64,000 nt of DNA from Candidatus Saccharimonadota bacterium (GCA_017406405.1 JAFQYO010000011.1:35435-99434), one strand, 5' to 3'. Shown: positions 26,660 through 37,387, numbered from the stretch's first letter. The notes: generated from the letters alone by a model not told the origin. Numbers and translations are program-made.

Positions 26660-27736
26660 ATGGACGAACTAAAATCCACCCTCGATTCTCTCTCGCTCGA
26701 GTTCGACTCGGCTTGGAAAAAACTCAATCTCGATGAAAAGCTTAAAGAAAAATCCGCTCTCGAGACAATTATTTCCGAGCCAGAACTTTGGAACAACCCC
26801 GCTCGCGCGAAAGAAAAGAACTCCGAATTTTCCCGCCTCTCCGCCGAAGTCGAACCCTGGGTTCTCTTAAAGACCCAACTTTCTGATATTTCCGAGCTTA
26901 TCGAACTCGGCGGAGAAGATTTAAAAGAAGAAATCTCTGCCCAAATCAACGCCCTCTCAAATTCTCTATCAAACTTAAAAAAATCTCTCCGTTTCACCGG
27001 CGAATACGACAAAAACAACGCAATTTTACGCATCACCGCTGGCGTTGGCGGAACTGAAGCTATGGACTGGTCGAGTATGCTCGAGCGCATGTATCTTCGC
27101 TTTTTCGAAAAAGAAAACTTCAAAGCGAATTTAATCGAACGTGTCCCCGGCGAAGAAGCCGGAATAAAAACCGCTGTCTATGAAATCTCCGGACCAAACG
27201 CCTATGGCGCTCTTAAATCCGAACATGGAGTTCATCGTCTCGTTCGTCTCTCTCCGTTCAATGCCGATAACCTCCGCCAAACCTCTTTTTCTCTCGTCGA
27301 AGTACTTCCAGTCATCAACTCCGATACAGACGTCGAAATTAACGACAAAGATCTTCGTATCGACGTTTATCATTCCGGCGGACATGGCGGCCAATCCGTC
27401 AACACCACAAATTCCGCCGTCCGCATCACTCATCTTCCGACTAATACAGTCGTCGCTATCCAAAACGAACGTTCTCAGCTCCAAAACAAAGAAAAAGCTA
27501 TGGAAATTCTTCGTGGCAAACTCGCCCAAATGAAGCTCGAACAACAAGCCGAGTCAATCGACAAACTCCGTGCCGGCGAATCCGCCAAATGGGGACAACA
27601 AATCCGCAACTATGTCCTCCAGCCATACAAACTCGTCAAAGACACTCGCACGAAGCACGAAGAAACCGACGCCGACGCCGTCCTCGACGGAAATATCATG
27701 CCTTTTATTGACGCTTTCCTGGAAGAAAACCTCTAA
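26660..27736 (+). CDS. prfB: Peptide chain release factor 2 (single reading frame)
   Basis: SPF tripeptide (RLSPFN), GGQ, WGQQIRNYVLQPY. Confidence 0.96.
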   Translation: MDELKSTLDSLSLEFDSAWKKLNLDEKLKEKSALETIISEPELWNNPARAKEKNSEFSRLSAEVEPWVLLKTQLSDISELIELGGEDLKEEISAQINALSNSLSNLKKSLRFTGEYDKNNAILRITAGVGGTEAMDWSSMLERMYLRFFEKENFKANLIERVPGEEAGIKTAVYEISGPNAYGALKSEHGVHRLVRLSPFNADNLRQTSFSLVEVLPVINSDTDVEINDKDLRIDVYHSGGHGGQSVNTTNSAVRITHLPTNTVVAIQNERSQLQNKEKAMEILRGKLAQMKLEQQAESIDKLRAGESAKWGQQIRNYVLQPYKLVKDTRTKHEETDADAVLDGNIMPFIDAFLEENL

Positions 27737-27775
27737 GTCGTTGTTTTTTCGAAATAGTTATGCTAATATAATGAT

Positions 27776-28540
27776 ATGATTCTGCTTGATAGCGTTACGA
27801 AAATCTATCCCGGGGACAAAAAACCCGCCCTCGACAACGTCTCTCTTCATATCGGGCCGAATGATTTTGTTTTTCTCGTCGGAAAGTCTGGCGCCGGAAA
27901 ATCAACCCTTATAAAAATGATTACAAAAGAAGAAAACCCCTCTTCCGGGAAAATCGTCGTCGGCGGAATCGACCTCGATTACATTAAACGTCGCCATATT
28001 CCTCATTATCGTCGTCGCCTCGGCGTCGTCTTCCAAGATTTCAAACTTCTTCCTCGCCGCACCGTTTACGAAAACGTCGCTTTTGCTCTCGAAATCGCCG
28101 GTATGTCTGGTCGCGACATAAAACACACCGTCCCGAAAGTTCTAGAACTTGTCGGCCTCCTCGACCAAGCCAACAAATTCCCGGCCCAACTCGCCGGCGG
28201 CCAACAACAGCGTGTTTCGATTGCTCGTTCTGTCGCTAGACAGCCTAAAATCCTCATCGCGGACGAGCCGACCGCAAACCTCGACAAAGCGACTTCCGCC
28301 GAAATCATCTCCCTTCTTCAGAAAATCAACGACTTCGGAACGACCGTCCTCGTCACAACTCACAACGAAAACATCGTCAACAATCTCGGGAAACGCGTCG
28401 TGACCTTAAAAGGCGGGAAAATCGTCTCCGACCAAAAACAAAACGGCGTTTATAAACTCGACGGCGACGCCGAAACTATTTACGACAGCGCCCCTAAGGC
28501 CCCCGGTTTTAAAACTAAGTCGAAGAAAAAGGTTCTTTAA
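27776..28540 (+). CDS. ftsE: Cell division ATPase FtsE
   Basis: GKSGAGKST, VFQDFKLL, GGQQQRV, ADEPT; upstream of ftsX. Confidence 0.93.
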   Translation: MILLDSVTKIYPGDKKPALDNVSLHIGPNDFVFLVGKSGAGKSTLIKMITKEENPSSGKIVVGGIDLDYIKRRHIPHYRRRLGVVFQDFKLLPRRTVYENVAFALEIAGMSGRDIKHTVPKVLELVGLLDQANKFPAQLAGGQQQRVSIARSVARQPKILIADEPTANLDKATSAEIISLLQKINDFGTTVLVTTHNENIVNNLGKRVVTLKGGKIVSDQKQNGVYKLDGDAETIYDSAPKAPGFKTKSKKKVL

Positions 28541-28542
28541 GC

Positions 28543-29571
28543 ATGAAAAATTCCGCCCAAAAATCCATCACGAAAAAACACTTAAAAACCCTAACAAAAA
28601 ACGGACGCTCGAAAAAATTCCGCAACACGACCCGGATTCTTAAATACGGCACAATAAATTTCGGCCGCAATATCTGGCTCTCCGCCGCCGCAACGCTAAT
28701 CATGACCCTCACGCTCGTTGTTCTCGCGATGACTCTTGTAGCGACCATCGTCCTTTCCGAAACCGCCGACGCTATGCGCGACAAAATCGACATCACCCTC
28801 TTTTTCAAGCCCGAAACTCCCCTCGAAACCCTCGAAAAAATGAAAACCACTATTTCCGCCGACGAAAACATCAAATCCGTCGAGGTCCGTACAAGCGAAG
28901 AAGAATACGAAAACTTCCTTAAAGAAAACGCCGACAACGACCTCCTGATTGAGACCCTCGAAGACCCCGATATGAACATGCGCGAGACCATGATTTCTAC
29001 CATGCAGTCCACAATGCGCATAAAAGTCCATGACACCGAAAACCTCGACTCTATTAAATCCATCGTTGCTTCCGATATCGATTTCGTTAAAAACCTCGAC
29101 GAAACCGAAGAGCCGACCTACGACGTCAACAAAACCGAAATCGCGACCATCACTCGTTGGGCAAAAATCGCCAAAACCGGCGGGATTATCCTCTCTCTCG
29201 TCTTTCTTACTATCTCCGTCCTCGTCATATTCAACACAATTCGCATGGCGATTTTCTCGCGTCGCGAAGAAATATACATGATGAAGCTCGTCGGGGCTGA
29301 CGGAAATTTCATCCGCGGTCCTTTCCTCGTTGAGGCCCAGCTCAGCGGAATGATTTCCGGAATTATCGCGAGCGCGCTTTGTTTCTTTGGATTCCGTTTT
29401 ATCGAACCAAAACTCGCAAAATACGGAATCAACGTCTCGACCGTCTCCAGTTATATCGAAACCAACAAAATCGTCTATGTCATCCTCGCGATGATTCTCG
29501 CCGGCATTATTATCGGGACCGTCTCTGCGCGCCTTGCCGTCCATAAATACATGCGCAACACCGCAAAATAA
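28543..29571 (+). CDS. ftsX: Cell division permease FtsX
   Basis: FGRNIWLS, 4 TMs, NTIRMAIFSRREEI..MKLVGA..FIRGPF. Confidence 0.93.
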   Translation: MKNSAQKSITKKHLKTLTKNGRSKKFRNTTRILKYGTINFGRNIWLSAAATLIMTLTLVVLAMTLVATIVLSETADAMRDKIDITLFFKPETPLETLEKMKTTISADENIKSVEVRTSEEEYENFLKENADNDLLIETLEDPDMNMRETMISTMQSTMRIKVHDTENLDSIKSIVASDIDFVKNLDETEEPTYDVNKTEIATITRWAKIAKTGGIILSLVFLTISVLVIFNTIRMAIFSRREEIYMMKLVGADGNFIRGPFLVEAQLSGMISGIIASALCFFGFRFIEPKLAKYGINVSTVSSYIETNKIVYVILAMILAGIIIGTVSARLAVHKYMRNTAK

Positions 29572-29619
29572 TTTCGAAACATTATTGCTTTTTTAAGAAA
29601 AAAGCGTTATGATATTTTT

Positions 29620-30741
29620 ATGGTAATGCTTAAAAGACTAAAAATCATTTCCGTCGCCGTTGTAGCGTGTTTTTCGTCTCTCGTTTTTAGTCAAAATTCC
29701 TTCGCGACGAACTATTGCGTTTCCGACGAATGTAAAGCCGCCGAAGCCGCCGAAGCCGCCGCCCGAGAAAAAGCCGCGAATGCCGCCGCCGAGGCGAACA
29801 ACCTCGAGTCCGTCGTTCAGGGCCTCGAGCTTGACATCTATGCCCTTGAAGCAAAAATCGCCTCGAACAAAGCCGTCGCTGACGACCTAAAAAAGAAAAT
29901 AGAAGACGACGAAGCTAAGCTCGAAGTCCAAAAATCCGCCCTTGCCTCTCTTCTTGTCGATAATTATTTCGACTCAAACCCCGATACAATCATGCTTCTC
30001 GCCGGCTCAAATTCAATTTCGGATTTGACCGAACGAGAAACCCGCGCCGAAACCGTTAAAAACCAAATCAACATCTCCGCGAAAAACATCAAATCCGCAA
30101 AACAAAAACTCGAGGAGCAAAAATCCGAAGTCGATAAAATCATCGAAAACCAAAACAGTCAGCGCGAAGAAATCTCGAAAAAACGCGCCGAGAAAAACGC
30201 CCTAATCGAACAATACAAAGACAACGCCGAGGCTTATTCCGCCGATGCCGAAGAAGCCCGCAAGAAAAAACAAGAAGAAATTCAAAACTACATAAACCAA
30301 ATGAACCAAGCCACCGGTGGCGGAATCGTGACCGACCCTGGGCTAAACTCCTATCCTTACGCCGGCCAATGCCCTGGCTTGAACTGGCGATATACTTTGG
30401 CTGGATACGGAAGCGACAGCCGTTTCGGCGGATACTATTGCGAATGTGTCAGCTATGCCGCCTGGAAAGTTTATGAATATTGGGGTCGCTCGATTTACTG
30501 GGGCGACGCAAACAGTTGGGGCTACATGGCTAAAAATTCCGGCTTCTACTACGATTCAAACCCAGAACCGTATTCCGTCGGCTTCTACACAAACCAAGCT
30601 TGGGGTCACGTCGTTTGGGTTGAAGGCGTAAACGGCGATGGCACCATAAATTATTCCGAGTATAACGGAGCCTACACCGCCGACTTTTCTTATCGCACCG
30701 GCGTCAACGCTTCGAATTTCTACTATATTCATTTCCACTAA
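29620..30741 (+). CDS. Secreted coiled-coil + CHAP peptidoglycan hydrolase (PcsB/CwlO-like)
   Basis: Signal peptide, long coiled coil, CHAP catalytic Cys (ECVSYA) and His (GHVVWVE); follows ftsEX. Confidence 0.88.
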   Translation: MVMLKRLKIISVAVVACFSSLVFSQNSFATNYCVSDECKAAEAAEAAAREKAANAAAEANNLESVVQGLELDIYALEAKIASNKAVADDLKKKIEDDEAKLEVQKSALASLLVDNYFDSNPDTIMLLAGSNSISDLTERETRAETVKNQINISAKNIKSAKQKLEEQKSEVDKIIENQNSQREEISKKRAEKNALIEQYKDNAEAYSADAEEARKKKQEEIQNYINQMNQATGGGIVTDPGLNSYPYAGQCPGLNWRYTLAGYGSDSRFGGYYCECVSYAAWKVYEYWGRSIYWGDANSWGYMAKNSGFYYDSNPEPYSVGFYTNQAWGHVVWVEGVNGDGTINYSEYNGAYTADFSYRTGVNASNFYYIHFH

Positions 30742-30763
30742 AATAGTCTATAATATATAGAGC

Positions 30764-31954
30764 ATGTCAAAGTCTAATTGGAAAGATATTAGGATAAAGT
30801 TAGGGAGCGCTATCATCGTTGCCGCCCTCACTCTCGTCGTCGGAATCGTCATCGGCGTTAAATGGAACGATTTTGCGCCCTATCTTGGCGCTAAAAAATC
30901 CGGCTCTTCCGCTTCGATTTCTTGGAACGCGCTCGACGAAGTTTATAGCGCTCTCATAAAAAACTATGATGGTGAAGTCGATAAATCTGCCGTTATCGAA
31001 GGCGCAAAAAAGGGAATCGTTGATTCTGTCGGCGACCAATACACGGTCTACATGACTAAAGAAGAATCTGTCGAGTTCAACAAAAGCCTTCATGGCGACG
31101 TTGGCGCCGGAATCGGAATCGAAATGGGCTTAAGAGACGGATACGTCCGCGTAATTCGCACTCTTCCCGACAATCCCGCCCGAAAAGCAGGCGTCATGGC
31201 CGGCGATATTATCTATAAAGTCGACGACGAAGAAGTCTATACCTGGGATGCCGAAAAAATCTCCGAAGTTCTTCGCGGGTCTGCTGGAACTTCCGTAAAG
31301 TTGACTGTTGTTCGCGACGGCGAAGAAAAATTCTTTGATCTCGTCCGCGAAACCATTAACAACGTCTCCGCCTACTATGATTTCAAGGGCGATAAAACCG
31401 CCGTCATCACCATCACTCGCTTTGACGACGACACTGGCGCCCTCGTCGCCAGCTTTGCCGACGACATTCTAAACCATGACACAAAAAAGATTATTCTCGA
31501 CCTCCGCGGGAACGGTGGCGGCTATGTTAGCGCCGCAAAAGACCTGCTCGGACTTTGGCTCGATGGCGAAAAAGTCCTTATCCAACGCTCAAAACTCTCG
31601 TCCTCCGACGAACTCACCTACACCCCCCGCGGGAAAGCCGTCTTCGCCAATACAAAAACCGTCGTTCTCGTCAACGGAAACACCGCCTCCGCCTCAGAAA
31701 TCACAGTTGGCGCCCTTAAAGATTATAAAAAAGCTACTATCATCGGCGAAAAAACCTTCGGAAAGGGCGTCGTCCAAGTCATGGAAAACCTCTCCGGCGG
31801 AACGACCTTAAAAGTCACCTCGGCTCACTGGTACACCCCGCTCGGCAACTCAATCAACGAAACCGGTATCGAACCAGATATGGAAGTTATTAACACCTAT
31901 GACGATACAAATCACTCCCGCGACCCTCAAATGGACGCCGCTCTTGCGTATTAG
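30764..31954 (+). CDS. S41 C-terminal processing protease (CtpA/Prc family)
   Basis: PDZ, LDLRGNGGG, TASASE, TFGKG, GIEPD. Confidence 0.93.
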   Translation: MSKSNWKDIRIKLGSAIIVAALTLVVGIVIGVKWNDFAPYLGAKKSGSSASISWNALDEVYSALIKNYDGEVDKSAVIEGAKKGIVDSVGDQYTVYMTKEESVEFNKSLHGDVGAGIGIEMGLRDGYVRVIRTLPDNPARKAGVMAGDIIYKVDDEEVYTWDAEKISEVLRGSAGTSVKLTVVRDGEEKFFDLVRETINNVSAYYDFKGDKTAVITITRFDDDTGALVASFADDILNHDTKKIILDLRGNGGGYVSAAKDLLGLWLDGEKVLIQRSKLSSSDELTYTPRGKAVFANTKTVVLVNGNTASASEITVGALKDYKKATIIGEKTFGKGVVQVMENLSGGTTLKVTSAHWYTPLGNSINETGIEPDMEVINTYDDTNHSRDPQMDAALAY

Positions 31955-31980
31955 CTTATACTTATGATATAATATACACC

Positions 31981-33063
31981 ATGAGGACCGATAAAAAGTC
32001 CCTAAATTTAGCATATTATCTCGCATTTTTCTTGTTCGGGCTGTTTTTTGCGCTCAGCGTTGTTTTTATGCCAAAAACCTTCGCCGAAGACGAAGAAACC
32101 GACGAAGAGCCCGAATACTCCGTTATCGATTCTGAACGTTTCGTGACGATTTATGACGGCGAAATAAAAAAGACTGTCAAGACCGACGCCGAAACCGTCC
32201 GCGACGTCCTAGAGCGTCTGAATATCGTCCTTTCCAAGACCGATTCCGTCTCCCCCGAGCTCGACGCTAAAATCGACGCTAATAACTTCTTCATCAACAT
32301 TTATCGCTCTCGTCCTATCCTCGTTCTCGACGGCGCCCTCTCTAAAATCGTCAACGTCTCGAGTTACGACCCTCTGACCGCTCTCCGTTCGGCCGGCTTT
32401 ACGATTTATGACGGCGATAAAGTCGAACCCGTCTCAAATCCAAACTTCCTTGAGACTGGATTCGTTTCTGCCTACAGAATCATCCGGGGCGACGGCGCGA
32501 CTATCACCTTAGAAGAAGATATCCCCTTCGAAACCGAAACAAAAAAGGACTACGACATTCCGGCCGGAACTGAAGAAGTTCGCCAACTCGGCGAGCTCGG
32601 AAAGAAAAAACTCACTTTCCACATAAAAACCGTGAACGGGGAAGAAGTCGAGAGGGAACTTATCTCCGAAGAAATCCTCCGCGCTCCAGTCAACCGTCTA
32701 GTCGCCGTTGGCGCGACAAAAATTTCCGCAAACGCCCTTACCGCCTCAATGGGTCGGAATCGTTACACTTCGACAAACCTTCAAGGCGAGACCGTCGAAC
32801 GCCAAGAAACCTTCTATGACTTGAACATGTCAGTTGTTATGTCGTATTGTGGGAAGTCTAGTTATACCGTCCGCGATGATGGCGCGAAGGTTGACGACGA
32901 GGGCTATGTCCTCGTTGCCGCTGAGCTCTCTCGCTATCCTCGATGTTCCGTCGTCGAAACGTCTCTCGGTCCCGGAAAAGTCTATGACACCGGAGGCTTC
33001 GCCGCGACCAACCCCGAACAGTTCGACCTCGCGACGGATTGGACTAATCGAGACGGAATTTAA
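31981..33063 (+). CDS. YabE-like protein (DUF348 repeats + G5 + putative 3D-like transglycosylase domain)
   Basis: TDAETVRDVL repeats, G5-like segment, C-terminal DTGG...FDL; directly upstream of rsmA as in Firmicutes. Confidence 0.7.
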   Translation: MRTDKKSLNLAYYLAFFLFGLFFALSVVFMPKTFAEDEETDEEPEYSVIDSERFVTIYDGEIKKTVKTDAETVRDVLERLNIVLSKTDSVSPELDAKIDANNFFINIYRSRPILVLDGALSKIVNVSSYDPLTALRSAGFTIYDGDKVEPVSNPNFLETGFVSAYRIIRGDGATITLEEDIPFETETKKDYDIPAGTEEVRQLGELGKKKLTFHIKTVNGEEVERELISEEILRAPVNRLVAVGATKISANALTASMGRNRYTSTNLQGETVERQETFYDLNMSVVMSYCGKSSYTVRDDGAKVDDEGYVLVAAELSRYPRCSVVETSLGPGKVYDTGGFAATNPEQFDLATDWTNRDGI

Positions 33064-33852
33064 ATGAAAAACAAAAAATCCCTCGGTCAAAACTGGCTCA
33101 AAGACCGCAAAACCCTTGAAGAAATCGCCGATCTCGTCGCTGACCCGTCCGAAGACAATCTCGAAACTCCCCCAAATCTCTGCCTGGAAATCGGGCCTGG
33201 TCTCGGGACTTTAACCTCGAGCCTGCTAAAGCGTTTCAAAAAGGTCATCGCAATCGAACTCGATGATCAGCTCGCAGAAAACCTCCCGAAATCCTTCCCC
33301 GGAAAAAACCTCGTCGTCGAACATGCCGACATCTTAAACTACGATTTTAAAACCCTTAAAGAGCCCTTTGTTGTCGCCGGAAATATCCCCTATTACATCA
33401 CTACCCCTATCATTAAAAAACTCTTATCCCTCGAGAACAAACCAGAAAAAATCGTTCTTCTCGTCCAAAAAGAAGTCGCAGAAAAAATCACTTCAAAAAC
33501 CGCGAGTTCCTCGCTTAGTCTTTTTATAGACAACCTCGCCAAATCTTCTCCCGGGCCCGTCGTCAAACGCGATTTGTTTACCCCGCCCCCGAAAGTCGAT
33601 TCCCAAATCCTCGTCTTAGAACCATATAAATCCCCTCTGTTTTCAGATAACTCAGGCCTCTTCGACTTCATCCAAATTTGTTTTTCTAGCCCTCGGAAAA
33701 AACTTTCTGTAAATCTCGCCGCCTCCGGATTAGCCTCAAAAAAAGAAGTTGAGAACATTTTTGCATCCCTCGGAATATCCCCAAACGCCCGTCCGTCCGA
33801 TCTCGACTTAAAAAAATATGTTATGCTTGCTAAAACCCTTAAAAAACGATAA
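33064..33852 (+). CDS. rsmA: 16S rRNA m6,2A dimethyltransferase KsgA
   Basis: KSLGQNWL, LEIGPGLG, GNIPYYIT, PPPKVDS. Confidence 0.96.
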   Translation: MKNKKSLGQNWLKDRKTLEEIADLVADPSEDNLETPPNLCLEIGPGLGTLTSSLLKRFKKVIAIELDDQLAENLPKSFPGKNLVVEHADILNYDFKTLKEPFVVAGNIPYYITTPIIKKLLSLENKPEKIVLLVQKEVAEKITSKTASSSLSLFIDNLAKSSPGPVVKRDLFTPPPKVDSQILVLEPYKSPLFSDNSGLFDFIQICFSSPRKKLSVNLAASGLASKKEVENIFASLGISPNARPSDLDLKKYVMLAKTLKKR

Positions 33853-33888
33853 AATAAAATTAAGTTTTTATATCAAACGGAGAGAAAT

Positions 33889-34515
33889 ATGAACCAAGAC
33901 CCTACGAATCCAATAAACCCCGCAACGGCCGCAACGCCGCCAGTTTCGCCCATGCCGACGCCGAACGTTCCGTCCCCCGATTCAGTATCTCCGGCTCTCG
34001 AAACCCCAGCCATGCCGACCCCTCCGTCTATGGAAGCCCCTGTCGCGCCGGAAACTCCTGTCGCTCCCGAAGTTCCGACGATTGACCCTTCCATCATCCA
34101 ACAAGCCATCAACGACGTCCCCGAAGAAGCGACTGCTTCCGCTCCCGCCGCCCCGACGGCCACGCCATTAGAAAACCTCGGCTCCGAAATCCCTACTCCC
34201 CCCGCCGCCCCTCAAGACCCAAACCTCGCCTCGTCCTCTCCGTTCGCTTCCGCGACTCCGGTCGCAGATTTTAACGTTTCTTCTCCCGCCCAGAACGCCA
34301 CCCCCGCTCCTAACGCCGGCGATCCGGCCCAAAACCCTCCTTCCGTAGCTTTTAACGACCCTGCCGCCGAAGAAGAAAAAAAAGAAAAACCCGGCACTAT
34401 CCATTTCAAAAAACCCGCCTTCCTCGATAAAATGAGCCCCGTCGCCATGATTCTTATCGGCGGAACCATTGTCATCGTCGCCCTTATCCTCATTATTTAC
34501 TTCCTAACTCGTTAA
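33889..34515 (+). CDS. Pro-rich protein with C-terminal TM anchor
   Basis: P/A/T-rich low-complexity body; final ~22 residues hydrophobic. Confidence 0.8.
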   Translation: MNQDPTNPINPATAATPPVSPMPTPNVPSPDSVSPALETPAMPTPPSMEAPVAPETPVAPEVPTIDPSIIQQAINDVPEEATASAPAAPTATPLENLGSEIPTPPAAPQDPNLASSSPFASATPVADFNVSSPAQNATPAPNAGDPAQNPPSVAFNDPAAEEEKKEKPGTIHFKKPAFLDKMSPVAMILIGGTIVIVALILIIYFLTR

Positions 34516-34525
34516 CTTTAACCTC

Positions 34526-35962
34526 ATGCAAAAATCCCTCTACCTAACCACTGCTATTCCTTACGTCAACGGAGCGCCTCATATTGGGCATTCGCTTGAT
34601 TATTGTATTGCCGACGTTTTTTATCGCTATCATACCCAGCGCGGTCATAAAATCCGCTTCCAGGCCGGGACAGACGAACATGGCAATAAAATCGCCAACA
34701 AAGCCAAGTCCCTAAACGCCCCTATCGAAGAATACGTCGCTAAAAACTCAAAAACCTTCCGAGAATTCATTAAAACCCTCGAGGTCTTCCCGACGGATTT
34801 TATTCGCACGACCGACCCAGACCATATCCGCCGTTGTCAAGAAATCTGGAAAAAGCTCGCTCCCTTCGTCTATTCTGCGACCTATGAAGGCTGGTATTGC
34901 ACCGGCTGCGAGAGTTTTATCACTCAAAAAGAATACGAAGAAACCGGCGGTGTCTGTCCCGACCATAAAACCCCCTACGAAAAACTCTCCGAAAAAAACT
35001 ACTACTTAAAAATCTCCGCTTTTAAAGAAAAAATCGCCGAAAAAATCTCCTCCGACGAGCTGAAGATTTTGCCCGATTTCCGCAAAAAAGAAATCTTAAA
35101 CCTCATAAAAGACTCGCCAGACGTTTCTATTTCTCGTCCAAAGAAAAATCTCTCCTGGGGAATCCCCGTTCCCGGAGACGAAGACCAAATCATGTATGTC
35201 TGGATTGACGCCCTCTCGAACTATCTAACCGTCCTCGGTTTCCCCGACGCCGACATCTCTGAATTCTGGCCTGCTGACCTTCAGGTCGTCGGCAAAGACG
35301 TTCTTCGCTTCCACGCTATCATCTGGCCGGCCCTCCTTCTCGCGCTTGACCTCCCACTTCCGAAAGTTATCCTCTGCCACGGTCATGTCCTCTCGAACGG
35401 CCAAAAAATGTCTAAATCTCTCGGAAACGTCGTTGACCCCGTCGAAGTCATTAAAAAATACGGTCCTGAACCTTTCCGTTATTTCTTCCTCCGCCATATC
35501 GACACTTTCGCGGATTCTGATTTTACCTGGGACAAATACGACGCCGCCTATGCCGGCGAACTCGCCAACGACCTCGGAAATCTCGTCCAGCGTCTCGCTA
35601 CTCTCTGTTCTAAAAACTCCGTCTCTCTCTCCTCCTCTGACCTCGAAGAGTCGAAATCCCTCGCCCTTAACGACTCCGGTTTCGACGAGCTAGTCAAATC
35701 CTTCGCTTTTTCAGACGCATTTGATTATGTTTGGGGAAAAGTTCAAGACCTTAACCGTCGAATCGACGAAGAAAAACCTTGGTCGCTTATCAAATCCGAC
35801 AAACCGGCCGCCATCTCATGCTTAAAATCCCTCGCAAAGTCCCTCCTCACCGTTTCCGCCCTCCTCTATCCTTTCCTCCCGAAAACCTCAGAAACCATCG
35901 TTGATATTTTCTCAAAAGAAAAAATCACCCCTCCCGAATCTCCTCTCTTCCCGAAATCCTAG
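34526..35962 (+). CDS. metG: Methionine--tRNA ligase (short form)
   Basis: HIGH, GTDEHG, CTGC..CPDH knuckle, YVWIDAL, KMSKS. Confidence 0.97.
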   Translation: MQKSLYLTTAIPYVNGAPHIGHSLDYCIADVFYRYHTQRGHKIRFQAGTDEHGNKIANKAKSLNAPIEEYVAKNSKTFREFIKTLEVFPTDFIRTTDPDHIRRCQEIWKKLAPFVYSATYEGWYCTGCESFITQKEYEETGGVCPDHKTPYEKLSEKNYYLKISAFKEKIAEKISSDELKILPDFRKKEILNLIKDSPDVSISRPKKNLSWGIPVPGDEDQIMYVWIDALSNYLTVLGFPDADISEFWPADLQVVGKDVLRFHAIIWPALLLALDLPLPKVILCHGHVLSNGQKMSKSLGNVVDPVEVIKKYGPEPFRYFFLRHIDTFADSDFTWDKYDAAYAGELANDLGNLVQRLATLCSKNSVSLSSSDLEESKSLALNDSGFDELVKSFAFSDAFDYVWGKVQDLNRRIDEEKPWSLIKSDKPAAISCLKSLAKSLLTVSALLYPFLPKTSETIVDIFSKEKITPPESPLFPKS

Positions 35963-36036
35963 CTATCACCTCGTCTCTGTCTCACCCCAATAGTTTTCGG
36001 AGATTCGCTCCGCGCTCAAAATTCTCGCCCTCTAAT

Positions 36037-36070
36037 AAAAAACCGCCCCTTTCGGGGCGATTCTTTTTTC
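36037..36070. terminator. Bidirectional terminator
   Basis: AAAAAACCGCCCC-TTTC-GGGGCGATTCTTTTTT between convergent genes. Confidence 0.75.
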
Positions 36071-36077
36071 TTTATCG

Positions 36078-37061
36078 CTATTTCTCTTCGGCTAGAATAT
36101 TCGAAGTATCAGACAACCAGAAGCCGATAACCCCGCCGATAACCGGAAAGAGAACATAACAGAAGAGCGCCTGAGCAATCCCGCCTAAGAGCTCCATCAC
36201 TCCGTCCGCCGCCGAAGGCATAATTCCATACATCAAAGAAATCGCCGGATTGAGCATAAAGTTCCCAGACAATCCAAAGTATGCGTAGGAAAGGAGATAA
36301 ACCACAACCACCGCGATAGTCATCCCGCCCGCAACAACAGTCGCAAACGCCACTACGCTCTTTTTGTATTGTTGAGCTCTCGCATAGAAGAAACCAACAA
36401 TCGCCGCACCTAAGAACTCTAAGAACGCCACAACCCAATAATACCCCTCTTGAATCACGGCCATCGAAGGGAACTCCGACTCTGTTCCAGTTACGCCCGC
36501 ACTAGTGCTAATAAAGGCCTTCACAATCACATACCCGAGCCAAGCGCCGACCACCTGCGCGAGCAGGTACAAAACGCCTCGAATTGCAGACATTCTTCTC
36601 GTTACCATCATTCCGACGGTGTTAATCGGGTTAAGTTGCGCGCCTGACAGCTTATAAACCGCAATCACAACCCCAAGCAGAATGAAGAACATATATAACG
36701 GCTGAGACAGACCAAGCGTAAAGATAATGAGAGCAATAAACATCGTCCCGAAAACCTCGCCGAGGATGTTTCCATAAATCTTATGGTCTTTGAAGATGGT
36801 CAAAATTGACTCGTTTTCTTCGTATTTTTTCGCCCAGAACTTCCCGCAGAAGGTGTTTTTCTTCGCGCTTTGAGCTGGTATTTGAGCCGGTTTCTCAGAC
36901 TTCTCAGTCTTCACGACTTTTTCAGTCTTCTCAACTTTCTCAGCTTTCACTTCTTTCTCGTCTTTTTTCTCAACCTTTTCAGTTTCTTTAGGAAGCTTTT
37001 CTTCCTTGACTGAAGGTTTTGCTGTTTTTGGCTTCTTTCCAGATTTTTTCGATTTAGCCAT
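36078..37061 (-). CDS. MIP/aquaporin-family channel with Lys/Glu-rich N-terminus
   Basis: GEVFGT, SGAQLNPI, AQVVGA, EFLG, LNPA; 6 TMs; AAGGAGG SD. Confidence 0.85.
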   Translation of the reverse strand: MAKSKKSGKKPKTAKPSVKEEKLPKETEKVEKKDEKEVKAEKVEKTEKVVKTEKSEKPAQIPAQSAKKNTFCGKFWAKKYEENESILTIFKDHKIYGNILGEVFGTMFIALIIFTLGLSQPLYMFFILLGVVIAVYKLSGAQLNPINTVGMMVTRRMSAIRGVLYLLAQVVGAWLGYVIVKAFISTSAGVTGTESEFPSMAVIQEGYYWVVAFLEFLGAAIVGFFYARAQQYKKSVVAFATVVAGGMTIAVVVVYLLSYAYFGLSGNFMLNPAISLMYGIMPSAADGVMELLGGIAQALFCYVLFPVIGGVIGFWLSDTSNILAEEK

Positions 37062-37156
37062 AAACCTCCTTACATATTATTTGTCTGGATTATAGCACAC
37101 ATGTGGTATAATTGTAAGCATAATTTCAAATAATCGAAGAAGAAAAAGGAGAAACC

Positions 37157-37387
37157 ATGGGTGTACTCGTCGCCAAAGAAGAAGATGACAATGTCTCACT
37201 AACCAACAAAATCAACGCCGACCTCCGCGAAAAAATGGCTAAAACCCAAAACCCCGAAGAAGATGACCCAGATTTCGAAGACGCCGAATATCTCGCACAA
37301 TACAAAAAAACCGGCCGCTTTACTTGGGTTTGGTTCATTTTGATCGCGCTCGCCATCGCTTCGCTGACCTATATTATCCTCACTTAG
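37157..37387 (+). CDS. Small membrane protein (DUF4229/DUF-type, unassigned)
   Basis: 76 aa, AAGGAG SD, C-terminal TM. Confidence 0.7.
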   Translation: MGVLVAKEEDDNVSLTNKINADLREKMAKTQNPEEDDPDFEDAEYLAQYKKTGRFTWVWFILIALAIASLTYIILT

